Origin: Alphaproteobacteria bacterium
Lineage (GTDB): Bacteria; Pseudomonadota; Alphaproteobacteria; SP197
Length of the DNA: 64,000 nt
Direction: 5' to 3'
NCBI GenBank assembly: GCA_965228895.1
Contig: OZ245842.1
Location: 1,664,001-1,728,000, forward strand
The position numbers and the translations under genes were made by a program. The stretch's first letter is position 1. The number at the start of each line of letters is the position of its first letter. Of the stretch, positions 1-9,560 are shown in pieces. The notes beneath the pieces were generated by a model. It searched no databases and was not told where the DNA came from. It was given only the letters and a program-made list of their open reading frames with translations.

Positions 1-1
1 C

Positions 2-1420
2 TTGCGTTTCGCGGTCGACGAGTGCATGGGCGTCGGCGGAATGGAGTGGGACAAGGAAGGCCGCGAGGTCGTCGAGATGCTGGCGGAAGTGCCGGATCTT
101 TGGGACGTCAACATCAGTGGCTGGGAGTACGATTCCAACACCAGTCGGTTTTCCGAAGAAGGTTATCAAGAACCCTTCATTGCCTTCGTCAAACAACTGA
201 CGACAAAACCCGTGGTCGGAGTCGGTCGTTATACGTCGCCGGACGCCATGGTCGCGGTCGTCAAAAAGGGCGTGATGGATTTCATCGGCGCTGCGCGCCC
301 GGCCATCGCCGATCCGTTTCTGCCCAAGAAGATCGAGGAAGGCCGGATTGACGACATCCGCGAGTGCATCGGCTGCAATGTCTGCGTCACCGGCAACAAC
401 ACGTTCGCCCCCATGCGCTGCACGCAAAACCCGGTTGTCGGCGAGGAATGGCGGCGCGGTTGGCACGCCGAACAGATCGCCGCCAAAGGCTCCGACGACC
501 AAGTTCTGATTGTCGGTGGCGGGCCATCAGGGCTTGAGGCGGCGCGCGCCTTGGGCCAGCGGGGGTACGCGGTGACCTTGGCTGAACGGGAAAAGGAACT
601 GGGCGGACGCCTCAACTGGGAGACCAGCCTGCCGGGTCTGGCCGCATGGGCCAGGGTGCGTGACTGGCGGCTTGGTCAGATCGGCACCATGGCGAACGTC
701 CAGGTCTATCTGGATAGCTTCTTGGACGATCAGGCGATACGCCAGTTCGGTGCGTCCCACGTCGTGCTGGCAACCGGCGCGATGTGGCGCCGTGACGGCG
801 TTGGTCACAGCCATCATCATGCGCTGCCCGGCGCTGGGCGATCCGGCGTGTTTGGCCCGGAGGACGTGGCGGACGGCCAGGTCGTCAAAGGGCCGGTGGT
901 CATCTATGACGACGACCAGATGTATCTGGGCGGCGTGTTGGCCGAAAAACTGGCCCGTGACGGGCTCGACGTCACGCTGGTGACGCCAGGCTCGGATGTC
1001 TCCGCGTTCACCATCCTGACGTTGGAGCAGCCGTTTGTGCAGCAGCGCCTGCGTGAGCTAAATGTCACAATTTTGCAGCAGACCGATCTCATCGCCATTG
1101 ACGACGGCGAGGCCGAACTTGCCTGCGTCTTCACCCAAACAACGCGCAAGGTGCCGGCGGCATCGGTGGTGCTTGTGACGTCGCGGGTGCCGAACGAGGG
1201 GATCTATCACAAACTGGCGCGCCGGCCTGATCTGTTGGACGCAGCCGGCATCAAATCGGTCGGTATCATCGGTGATTGTGTCGCCCCCGGCCTGATTGCG
1301 GCGGCGGTTCACGATGGCCATCTCTATGCCCGGGAACTCGATATGCCGACGCCGCCCAATCCTGATGTGCCGTTTCTCCGCGAGCACATGGACCTGAATG
1401 GGGAAAGGGAGACCGTGTGA
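2..1420 (+). CDS. Histamine/trimethylamine dehydrogenase-family iron-sulfur flavoprotein (5' truncated by window edge)
   Basis: DLWDV..GWEYDSNTSRF, KPVVGVGRYTSPD, ARPAIADPFLP, CIGCNVC...CTQNP 4Fe-4S motif, GEEWRRGWH, GGGPSG dinucleotide-binding motif. Confidence 0.85.
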   Translation: MRFAVDECMGVGGMEWDKEGREVVEMLAEVPDLWDVNISGWEYDSNTSRFSEEGYQEPFIAFVKQLTTKPVVGVGRYTSPDAMVAVVKKGVMDFIGAARPAIADPFLPKKIEEGRIDDIRECIGCNVCVTGNNTFAPMRCTQNPVVGEEWRRGWHAEQIAAKGSDDQVLIVGGGPSGLEAARALGQRGYAVTLAEREKELGGRLNWETSLPGLAAWARVRDWRLGQIGTMANVQVYLDSFLDDQAIRQFGASHVVLATGAMWRRDGVGHSHHHALPGAGRSGVFGPEDVADGQVVKGPVVIYDDDQMYLGGVLAEKLARDGLDVTLVTPGSDVSAFTILTLEQPFVQQRLRELNVTILQQTDLIAIDDGEAELACVFTQTTRKVPAASVVLVTSRVPNEGIYHKLARRPDLLDAAGIKSVGIIGDCVAPGLIAAAVHDGHLYARELDMPTPPNPDVPFLREHMDLNGERETV

Positions 1421-1896
1421 TGGCCGAGGTCGCGTTGCCGTTGACTGGCGCCTGCCAATGCCGTTCCGTCACCTACCAGGTCGCGGCTGCGCCGTTAACG
1501 CTCTACTGCTGCCACTGCACGGAGTGCCAGCACCAGTCATCGTCGGCTTTTGGCATGTCTTGCCTGGTCAACCGGGTTGATCTGACGGTGGACTGGTCGC
1601 GGCTTCGTGTTTGGTCCCGTCCGACCGACAGCGGCAATCAGATGGATTGCCATTTTTGCTCTTCCTGCGGTGGGCGGCTGTTTCACACATCGAACGGCGA
1701 CGACACGATCGTGTCTATCAAAGCAGGATCGTTTGACGATCGATCCTGGCTGTCTCCAGTTGGGCACATCTGGACGGCGAGCGCGCAGCCGTGGTTCCCG
1801 ATCCCAGACGATCTGCTGAACGTCTCTCACGACCCCGACGATATGACGCCGTTCATGGAGCGGTGGCGTGCTGTTTCGGCTGGCTGGTTCGCTTGA
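1417..1896 (+). CDS. GFA family (glutathione-dependent formaldehyde-activating enzyme-like) Zn protein
   Basis: GACQC...CCHCTECQ...FCSSCG...HIWT pattern; start overlaps upstream stop (GTGA). Confidence 0.9.
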   Translation: MMAEVALPLTGACQCRSVTYQVAAAPLTLYCCHCTECQHQSSSAFGMSCLVNRVDLTVDWSRLRVWSRPTDSGNQMDCHFCSSCGGRLFHTSNGDDTIVSIKAGSFDDRSWLSPVGHIWTASAQPWFPIPDDLLNVSHDPDDMTPFMERWRAVSAGWFA

Positions 1897-2423
1897 TGCC
1901 CGGAACCGGCGCTGCCGCTGTCGCGCTGCCGCTGGCCGGCGGCTGTCAGTGCGGCCATGTCCGTTATCAACTGGCCGCGCCGCCGCTGGTTCTCTACGCC
2001 TGTCACTGCACCGAATGCCAACGCCAGTCGGCTTCGGCTTTCGGGATGTCCATGGCGGTCAGCCGCGAAGCCCTAGCGGTCGAATGGTCACGTTGCGGCA
2101 CCTGGCAGCGCCGGGGAGCGAGCGGAAGAACCGTTGGCTGTCGATTTTGCAGCCTTTGTGGCACCCGGCTGTTTCATGAACCCTCCCGAAACCCAACAAT
2201 CGTCAACATCAAGCCAGGCTCGCTTGACGACCATTTCTGGCTGCAACCGGTGGGGCACTTGTGGACGAAGAGCAAGCAACCTTGGGTTACGATACCCGAA
2301 GGTGCCCTGGCCTATGACGGGCAACCCGATGATTTTGCAGACCTCTTCGCTGCGTGGCGTCGCGTGGCGGAAAATCTGTTCACAATGCCGTCGGATTCGT
2401 CAACAGGATCAAGCCTTTCGTGA
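1896..2423 (+). CDS. GFA family protein, tandem paralog
   Basis: GGCQCG...ACHCTECQRQS...FCSLCGT...HLWTKSKQPW; ATG at 1896 overlaps previous TGA (TGATG coupling). Confidence 0.9.
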   Translation: MPGTGAAAVALPLAGGCQCGHVRYQLAAPPLVLYACHCTECQRQSASAFGMSMAVSREALAVEWSRCGTWQRRGASGRTVGCRFCSLCGTRLFHEPSRNPTIVNIKPGSLDDHFWLQPVGHLWTKSKQPWVTIPEGALAYDGQPDDFADLFAAWRRVAENLFTMPSDSSTGSSLS

Positions 2424-2613
2424 CTCTTTTGTCGGTATCGCGTAATTGCTAACATTGAAGATACGGTCGGGCGGGCCAAATTAACGTTGTATGGGGATGG
2501 GGAATGGGGCGACTTTGCCCAGTCGCACGACAGGCGGCGGCTCGCAATGACACTGGTGTTTCAACCAGTAAGCGGTCGTTGGCCCCAATCGACAGCGCGG
2601 TGAGCGCCTGACG

Positions 2614-4431
2614 ATGGAACGCAGACTGTCTGCCATTCTGGCTGCCGATGTTGTCGGCTACAGCCGCTTGATGAGCCGTGACGAGGCCGGCACCCTGGTG
2701 TCCGTTCAGGCCCAGCTCAACAATGTCGTGCTGCCTCAGATCGAGCGTCACGAAGGCCGCCTGATCAACATCATGGGCGATGGCATTCTCGCGCATTTTC
2801 CCGATGCGGTCAGTGCCGCCGAGTGCGGCGTCACGATCCAAAGGGCCATCCAGGAACGCAATCTCAATACAAGTCCTTTGAACCCCATCGTGTTTCGCAT
2901 GGGCATCAATCTGGGCGATATCATCGTCTCGGCCGAGGGCGTCCATGGCCATCACATCAACATCGCGACGAGACTTGAGCAGGAAGCCCAGCCCGGCGCG
3001 ATCAATATCTCGCAGGCCGTTTATGACGCGGTAAAAGACAAAATCGATTTCGAGATCCGTGAGATCGGCGAACGCAACGTCAAGAACATCGATGTCCCGT
3101 TGATGATCTATGAGATCGATATCGGCGGTGTCGCTGAAATGGCCAAGCTGGCTGAGCAGATCTATGAAGACGAGGCCGCGAATGACCGCGCGCCGGCGCA
3201 AGCCGCCGAACACCAGCGGCCCAAGGTGATCGTTTTGCCGTTCCACAACCAGACGGGCGATCAATCCCAGGTCTATCTGTGCGACGGTATCACCGAGGAA
3301 GTGACGTCGGAGCTGTCGCGGTTCTGGTCGTTTGACGTGTTGGCTGCCAACTCGGCGTCGCTCTACAAGGAGTCATCGCCGCGCCCCGATTACCTGCTGC
3401 GCGAATTCGGCACGCAGTACGTTGTCGCCGGCAGCGTGCGTAAGCGGCCCAGTCACTTGCGCATTAACGCCCAACTGATCGATGCGCGCACTGGCACCAA
3501 TCTGTGGGTCGACCGCTTCGACTGTGACGTCGAGGATCCGTTCGCCGCTCAGGACAAGCTGGTCAAGCAGGTGGTGGCTCAGCTCGGCTTGCGGCTCGAC
3601 ACCGCCGAACGTGAGCTGCTGGCCAAGGAACGCAAGCCTGGCCCAAGCTTGAATGCCTATGAAGCCTATTTGAAAGGCGTGCAGTCGTTCACGTTCGAAA
3701 CGCGCGAAGGTATCGAGGAAAGTCGCGCCTGGTTCGAACGCGCGACCGAGCTCGATCCGAACTTTGCCCGGGCGTGGGGTTATCTGGCTTACACTGACGT
3801 TCGCGCGGTGTTGTGCGGGTGGCGCGATGTCGGTGCTTTTATCGATGCCGAAGCCAATGCGCGGCGCGCGGTAGAACTTGCGCCGAACGACTATCAAGTT
3901 CATTGGGATCTGGCGTTCGTACACCTTAACCGCGGCGAGTTCGAGCGCGCGCACAGCGAGTACGAACGGGCCTGCCAGCTTAATCGCAACGACCCCGACC
4001 TGTTGTGCGAGATGGCCGAGATGAAGATCTATTTCGGTCTTGCCGAGGACGCTATCGGGTTGATCACCAATGCGATGGAGCTCAATCCGTATTTTCCCGA
4101 CTGGTATCGCTGGAACCTCGGCTGGGCGTACTTCTGCGCCAAGCGCTATGAGGAGGCGCTGCTGGAATATGGCCGTATGTTCAAACCGCCCAACGATCTC
4201 CATCTGACCGTCGCGGCGGCTCTGGCGCATAGCGGCCGCGTCTCGGAGGCTGAGGCGACGGTCAGCTTGTTCAACAGCGCCCACGAACGGCCCTACACGA
4301 TAGAGGACGCCCGCCGGCGGGTCCGTTTCCGTAACGAACGCGACGAGGACCACTACCTCAAGGGCCTACGTTTGGCCGGCATGAGGGACGAACCGGCGAT
4401 TCTGCTGATGGAAGCAGGCAAGGCATCATAA
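2614..4431 (+). CDS. Class III nucleotidyl (adenylate/guanylate-type) cyclase with TolB-like and TPR domains
   Basis: MERRLSAILAADVVGYSRLM, GDG, FRMGINLGD, N..RLE; VLPF..GITEE TolB-like segment; C-terminal TPR helices. Confidence 0.9.
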   Translation: MERRLSAILAADVVGYSRLMSRDEAGTLVSVQAQLNNVVLPQIERHEGRLINIMGDGILAHFPDAVSAAECGVTIQRAIQERNLNTSPLNPIVFRMGINLGDIIVSAEGVHGHHINIATRLEQEAQPGAINISQAVYDAVKDKIDFEIREIGERNVKNIDVPLMIYEIDIGGVAEMAKLAEQIYEDEAANDRAPAQAAEHQRPKVIVLPFHNQTGDQSQVYLCDGITEEVTSELSRFWSFDVLAANSASLYKESSPRPDYLLREFGTQYVVAGSVRKRPSHLRINAQLIDARTGTNLWVDRFDCDVEDPFAAQDKLVKQVVAQLGLRLDTAERELLAKERKPGPSLNAYEAYLKGVQSFTFETREGIEESRAWFERATELDPNFARAWGYLAYTDVRAVLCGWRDVGAFIDAEANARRAVELAPNDYQVHWDLAFVHLNRGEFERAHSEYERACQLNRNDPDLLCEMAEMKIYFGLAEDAIGLITNAMELNPYFPDWYRWNLGWAYFCAKRYEEALLEYGRMFKPPNDLHLTVAAALAHSGRVSEAEATVSLFNSAHERPYTIEDARRRVRFRNERDEDHYLKGLRLAGMRDEPAILLMEAGKAS

Positions 4432-4461
4432 CGAGCTAGATCTATCTAGGAGGGGATCTCT

Positions 4462-5253
4462 ATGCGCGGCACCACAAACGAGAAGGCGTTTCGCGCCTAT
4501 CTGGAAGGCGAGCATCTATTCACGATTATCGACAAGCAACAGATGGCGAAGAGCCGGAAGAAGTTCGAAGAAGCCATCAAACTCGACGACGGTTTCGCCC
4601 GTGCGCACGGTTACCTCGCCTACACGATCACGCGCAGTGTCGCCAACGGCTGGTTGAGCGAGAAAAATTTGGAGCTCGCCGAGAGCCATGCTCGCAAGGC
4701 CGTCAAGTTGGATCCGTACGACTACGCGACCTACTGGGATCTCGGGTACTGCCTGCTAGGGCAGGGCAAGCTGAAGCCGGCCTTGACACAGTATGACAAG
4801 GCGATGGACCTCTACGAGAACTTCACCGACCAGTTGGACCGCAAGCACGGTTTGCTTGCTGAAGTCGCAGAAGCCTATGTCTTCGACGGCCGTCCCCAGG
4901 ACGCTATCAGGATGCTTGAGCGCGCCAAGCGCTTTCCCGACTGGTACCGCTGGAACCTCGGTTGGGCCTATTACAATGCCCGGGACTATGATGCAGCCAT
5001 CAGCGAGCTTGAGTGCATGCGCTGCAAGCCTGGTGACGAAGGCTATGTGATGGAGGTGCAGCTTCTGCTGGCCGCCTCCTATGCTCAGAAAGGCAACCCG
5101 ACGATGGCGAAGAATGCGATCGGCCTGTTCCGGTCCGCCAAGGGCCGCGGCCAAAGCATCAAATCGCTCGATGGGCGCGTGAAGTTCCGCAACAAGAAAG
5201 ACCGCGACCACTGGGTCGACGGCCTGCGCAAAGCCGGTTTGCCACAAGGCTGA
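4462..5253 (+). CDS. Stand-alone TPR protein, paralogous to the cyclase C-terminal domain
   Basis: AGGAGG RBS; shares AYLxG, FARAxGYLAY, PxDY.. WDL, FPDWYRWNLGWAY and GLRxAG with the upstream cyclase. Confidence 0.85.
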   Translation: MRGTTNEKAFRAYLEGEHLFTIIDKQQMAKSRKKFEEAIKLDDGFARAHGYLAYTITRSVANGWLSEKNLELAESHARKAVKLDPYDYATYWDLGYCLLGQGKLKPALTQYDKAMDLYENFTDQLDRKHGLLAEVAEAYVFDGRPQDAIRMLERAKRFPDWYRWNLGWAYYNARDYDAAISELECMRCKPGDEGYVMEVQLLLAASYAQKGNPTMAKNAIGLFRSAKGRGQSIKSLDGRVKFRNKKDRDHWVDGLRKAGLPQG

Positions 5254-5296
5254 ACGCAAGTTCCGTTGCCCGATTTAAGGCGACAACGTTAAACAG

Positions 5297-5332
5297 AAAA
5301 GCGGCCCAGGTCATACGGACCTGGGCCGCTTT
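5297..5332. terminator. Bidirectional intrinsic terminator
   Basis: AAAA-GCGGCCCAGGTC-atacg-GACCTGGGCCGC-TTT: perfect 12-bp stem between convergent genes. Confidence 0.85.
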
Positions 5333-5395
5333 GCGTCTCGCAGAGGTCAGGCCCGGACCTCTTGGTGACGGAGACTTACTCTGCGGGCACTGCCC

Positions 5396-6985
5396 TTAGG
5401 CGCTGGGATCGACGAACCACCAGCGTTCCATCAGGCGGCCACCGTCTAGACCCCAGTTGCCGCCGATCTGGCCACTGTTGGTGAGGCTGGTCGATGCACC
5501 GTCGACGTGGTTGGCGAAGGCGACGACAAGCGCACCGCCGTCGTTGGCCACGATGTCCTGCATTTCCGTGTACATCTCCGCGCGCTTGGTATTATCCAAC
5601 TCCGCGCGTGCCTGGATCAACAGCTCGTTGAAGCGGTCATTCACCCAGAACGTGTCATTCCACGGCGCGTCGGCGGCATAGGTGGTCGAGAACATCCAGT
5701 CTTCGGTCGGACGTCCGCCCCAGTAACACAGGCACCATGGCTTCTGCATCCAGACGTCTGACCAGTATCCGTCGGCGGCCTCGCGGACAACATTAATATC
5801 GATGCCTGCAGCCTTGGCGTGCTCCTGATAGAGCACCGCCGTGTCGACCGCGCCGACAAAGGCCGCGTCGGAGGTTGAGAGGTCGACCGCGAGGCTATCG
5901 AGGCCGGACTGCTGCAGATACCACTTCGCCTTGTCGGGATCGTAGGTGTGCTGCTCGATATTGGCGTGGAAACGGTTCGACGGTGCGATCGGATGATCAT
6001 TGCCGATGACGCCATGGCCCCTAAGGATCTTGTCGACGATGTCGTCGCGGTCGATGGCGTATTTGAGCGCCATGCGCACATTGTTGTCGTCGAACGGCGC
6101 GACCGTTGTGTTCATCGGCATGGTGTAGTGCAGCGTACCGGTTGCTTCGACCAGATCGATGTTTGGCGCCTGGGCCATGAGGTCGGCCGTTTTCGGATCG
6201 ACACGGTCGATGACGTCGACCTGACCGGTGACAAGCGCGTTCTGGCGCGCGGTCGGATCGGCGATCGTGTACATCTCGCAGGCATCGAACCATGCGCGGT
6301 CGTTCTTCCAATAATTGGCGTGGCGTTCAAGCACCGCTTCCGTGCCGGGTTCGTAGGACACCAGCTTGTAGCTGCCCGCGCCGATACCCGACATGGCGTC
6401 GATCTTGCCCTCGCCATCGGATGGCATGATGCCCATGTGATAGTCGCTGACGATGAACGGGTAATCGGCGTTGGGCGCGTTCAGTTCGATGACGACCGTG
6501 TTACCGTCGACGCGCATATCGGTCACCTGTTCGAACAGGCTCGAGACCGCCGAGGTCGAGTCCGGACCGCGGTGATGGTTGAGCGAGGCGACGACGTCAT
6601 CCGGTGTCATTGTCTTGCCGTTATGGAATTCGACGCCCTCGCGAATCTTGAAGGTCCATGTCTGAGCGTCCGGTGAGTCCCATTCCTCGGCCAGTTCGGC
6701 CTGCAGTTCGTTGAACTCGTTCACCTCGGTCAGGTAGTTGAACAGGCCGCCCATGCCCATGCCGCTCGAGAAGCCGTTTTCGAAGCTGCCCGGGTCCAAC
6801 GAATCGGTGGACGAGCCATGCCCCAGCCCCATGCGCAACGTGCCCCCGCGCTTTGGCTCAGCTGCTTTCGCTTCGTTACCGATGACGGCCGGACCCATGC
6901 CGGCGGCGATACCAAGGGCGGCCGAACCGGCCAGCAGATCACGCCGGCTGGTTGGTAAGCCCGAACTTGTCGTTTTCTTTGTCAT
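5396..6985 (-). CDS. ABC transporter substrate-binding protein, family 5 (peptide/nickel type), Tat-exported
   Basis: SRRDLL Tat motif, PKRGGTLR, LAEEW..WTFKIREGVEFHNGK, VRMALKYAIDR; GGGAGA RBS before ATG 6985. Confidence 0.9.
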   Translation of the reverse strand: MTKKTTSSGLPTSRRDLLAGSAALGIAAGMGPAVIGNEAKAAEPKRGGTLRMGLGHGSSTDSLDPGSFENGFSSGMGMGGLFNYLTEVNEFNELQAELAEEWDSPDAQTWTFKIREGVEFHNGKTMTPDDVVASLNHHRGPDSTSAVSSLFEQVTDMRVDGNTVVIELNAPNADYPFIVSDYHMGIMPSDGEGKIDAMSGIGAGSYKLVSYEPGTEAVLERHANYWKNDRAWFDACEMYTIADPTARQNALVTGQVDVIDRVDPKTADLMAQAPNIDLVEATGTLHYTMPMNTTVAPFDDNNVRMALKYAIDRDDIVDKILRGHGVIGNDHPIAPSNRFHANIEQHTYDPDKAKWYLQQSGLDSLAVDLSTSDAAFVGAVDTAVLYQEHAKAAGIDINVVREAADGYWSDVWMQKPWCLCYWGGRPTEDWMFSTTYAADAPWNDTFWVNDRFNELLIQARAELDNTKRAEMYTEMQDIVANDGGALVVAFANHVDGASTSLTNSGQIGGNWGLDGGRLMERWWFVDPSA

Positions 6986-7328
6986 TTTGATCTCCCAGTC
7001 TCCTTTGTCCTTGTGCGCGACTTCGGTAACCACGACCGTACGTCGCACATCAACTGACATTTTCTAGGTTACGCGGAGGCTCCCGCATACCCGTCCGACA
7101 GATTGTGATCCGAATCCGACATCATCATGGTAAGCACCGCCCGATCTTAGCGCGGCGATGTCACGGTTCAGTGAAATTGTTGCTCTCGTGGAACAAACTT
7201 CGTTCGGCAAGCGGCTCGACGCTTTCTAACTCTTGCGAACAACTCTCAGGCGATGTCGCAATCGGGACTAACCACGACACACATGCTATCTGGCGTCATG
7301 CTGACACGGCGCGCCTTGGTGGGCGACG

Positions 7329-9560
7329 CTAGTCAGGCGGCGGTGGGAAAGGGGTCTCATCGACAAAGCGCGTGACGATGTTCTCCAGCAGCCGGCTCAC
7401 GTTGTTCTGGAAGTTGTCATGGGCCAGCGAACCGGCGAACGCGATCGAGCTGGTCGAAAACACGGCGCCGCCATTAGGCGTTTCGTAGAACACCATGTCG
7501 CAGCGCACATGCGGGCAGTTCTCGCCGTTGACGGCGGAGTGGGAGTGATTGAATTCCTCCTTGACCCAATGGACATCGACGCCGAAGTCGGTCGCCTCCG
7601 CGACGATGAGTGCGTGGGGAGGAGTGCCAAACTCGAAGCTAACGCTGTCAATCTCACTGCCGGCGGCACCGCCCAGGACGGTTCCGAAATCGCCAATCGT
7701 TTCGTTCTCGCCGATGCCTTCGAACATCCAGGCGGCGCGCGGATCGTTGCTCTCGTCACGTCGCGTGTAGGAACTCGCGGCGATGAAGCCTTGCGCCGAA
7801 AAGCCGGTGCCGCAGATGACCTCCGGCGGTATGCCGCAGCGCTGCCATAGGCCCGAGAGCTCGCCGGTAAAGCTCATGTAATACTCACCGGGCTCCGCGA
7901 ACCATGACCGCATGCCGTCCTCGGCACGCCGCATCTCGATCACGCCCGGCAGTGTCGGATGATAGGCGACCCGCCAGTAAAACCCATTGCCGCCCATGTA
8001 GATGAACCGTCCGCCGCGCTGCTGGTAGTGCAGCAGCGCCTCCATCATCGGTTTCGAATAGTATTCCGGGTGCGTCGTCGTCATGACGCAGGGGTAGTTC
8101 TCCAGCAGGCTGACACCTTCGGCATCCAGGTCGTCGTCGGTGAAGACGTCGAAGTCGATGCCTTTTTCTTCCAGCCAGTCGGTGATGTGGGTGTCGGCGT
8201 TGTATTGCCACAGGTCGTCGCGCGGTCCCATGCGCAGAAACGGGCGCAGGCGCGAGGCGTAGCAGACTCCGCTGCCATCGGTGTGTTTGTCGTACATGCT
8301 GAGCCCGTGTTCCCGGTGCATGTGCAAGTGCAGGTCGGTCTGATCCAATGTCGTGAACCGGTTGCCCGACTGCTCGCCGAGCGTGTCCCATTCGATCGGC
8401 ATGTGGTGATTGACGTAGGCATAGTAGCTGGCCGTCGCGATCAGAAGGCCGAGTCTTGCCGTGGCCGTGCCCTTCTTCGGTCGGACATAGAACGGAATAT
8501 AGAACCACTGATCGTCCTGGGTCAGGCGCGCGCAATAGGTGCCGCTCTTGAAGTCATCTGGCACCGTCCAACGGGCGTCTGTCTGCCAGCCGCAGTCATA
8601 GACATCGTCGTCGTGAAAGTGGATGGCGCCGTAGTGCTCGGGTTTGTGCGTCCAGACCATCTCCGTGCCATCGTGATTGCGGCCTTTCATGGCGCGTGTC
8701 GGCAGGTTGACCGTCTGGCCGTCCAGGCGGTTGGGCGAGATATCGACGACGCGCGTCCCCGGAATGTCCTGGCTGAAATCCCAGGCGGCGACAGTGCTGG
8801 TCTGCAGGTCGGTGGGGACTTGCGCGGCCTTCATCCGCTCCATCTCGGGACGCGAGAGTGCTCGGTTCGCGACGCGCGGACTGTCGATCTTACCGTTGAA
8901 GAAGTTGGTGGCGATCAGTTCGCCGTCGCGCTGGTTGTTGCTCGCGGCGATGGTGAAACGGCCGCCACGGCCGGGTTTGGTCGGCACGGTTTCCTCGGCG
9001 CGTGCCTTGCCGCGTTCGCCGGCATAGCGCACCAGCGGTTCCTGGATGACCGTCATGGCCCCGGTCGCCGCATCGAAACTCGCGGCGACGAAGTACCAGT
9101 GACGCGAGTCCATCGCGGCGCCGGAGACGAGGGTCTCGACGATCGACCCGTCGCCTATCACGAGCGCTGCCTGCCTATCGTGCACAGCCAGCGCGTACCC
9201 CGCGTTATCGGCCCGGTCGAAGGCGCCCATGATCGTCTGACCTTCCTTTTCGGGTGTCGTTGGCCAGATGAACGCCTGCAGGGTGAAACTCTCCAGCGCA
9301 AAACGTTCCGGACGCGGCACGTCGACGAACGAGCCGACCTGAGTCCATTGAAAGCGCGCGGGGTAGTCGCCGTTGACATCCGCATCGACGACCGTCTCCT
9401 TGAGGCCTTGGCCCTCCGGCGTGTCGTCGCCGCAGCGAATGCGCACGATGTCGAGACGGTAGCTGCCCTCGATCTCTGAACTGACCTTGAAGTCGATGCT
9501 TTGGCCGGGTTGCCGGCTGATTTCGTCGGCATAACCCAAGAGCTTACGCATGCTCGTCAT
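7329..9560 (-). CDS. N,N-dimethylformamidase large (beta) subunit family protein, copy 1
   Basis: LamG-like N-terminal half, HYGAIHFHDDD, YAYVNH, GLSMYDKH, HPEY, YMGGNGFYW, AAGSEID, GGAVFSTSSI. Confidence 0.88.
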   Translation of the reverse strand: MTSMRKLLGYADEISRQPGQSIDFKVSSEIEGSYRLDIVRIRCGDDTPEGQGLKETVVDADVNGDYPARFQWTQVGSFVDVPRPERFALESFTLQAFIWPTTPEKEGQTIMGAFDRADNAGYALAVHDRQAALVIGDGSIVETLVSGAAMDSRHWYFVAASFDAATGAMTVIQEPLVRYAGERGKARAEETVPTKPGRGGRFTIAASNNQRDGELIATNFFNGKIDSPRVANRALSRPEMERMKAAQVPTDLQTSTVAAWDFSQDIPGTRVVDISPNRLDGQTVNLPTRAMKGRNHDGTEMVWTHKPEHYGAIHFHDDDVYDCGWQTDARWTVPDDFKSGTYCARLTQDDQWFYIPFYVRPKKGTATARLGLLIATASYYAYVNHHMPIEWDTLGEQSGNRFTTLDQTDLHLHMHREHGLSMYDKHTDGSGVCYASRLRPFLRMGPRDDLWQYNADTHITDWLEEKGIDFDVFTDDDLDAEGVSLLENYPCVMTTTHPEYYSKPMMEALLHYQQRGGRFIYMGGNGFYWRVAYHPTLPGVIEMRRAEDGMRSWFAEPGEYYMSFTGELSGLWQRCGIPPEVICGTGFSAQGFIAASSYTRRDESNDPRAAWMFEGIGENETIGDFGTVLGGAAGSEIDSVSFEFGTPPHALIVAEATDFGVDVHWVKEEFNHSHSAVNGENCPHVRCDMVFYETPNGGAVFSTSSIAFAGSLAHDNFQNNVSRLLENIVTRFVDETPFPPPPD

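Noticed and set aside
2480-2512. G-quadruplex-like GGGCGGG...GGGGATGGGGAATGGGG upstream of the cyclase
   Set aside because: G-runs are expected at this GC content; no supporting evidence
2614-5253. Pycsar/CBASS-type anti-phage system
   Set aside because: No cyclic-nucleotide-binding TM or TIR effector nearby; the cyclase-TolB-TPR architecture is a common alphaproteobacterial signalling type
7238-7255. Glycine riboswitch fragment AACTCTCAGG
   Set aside because: Wrong strand for the SBP gene and no upstream GGAGA...CCGAAG elements
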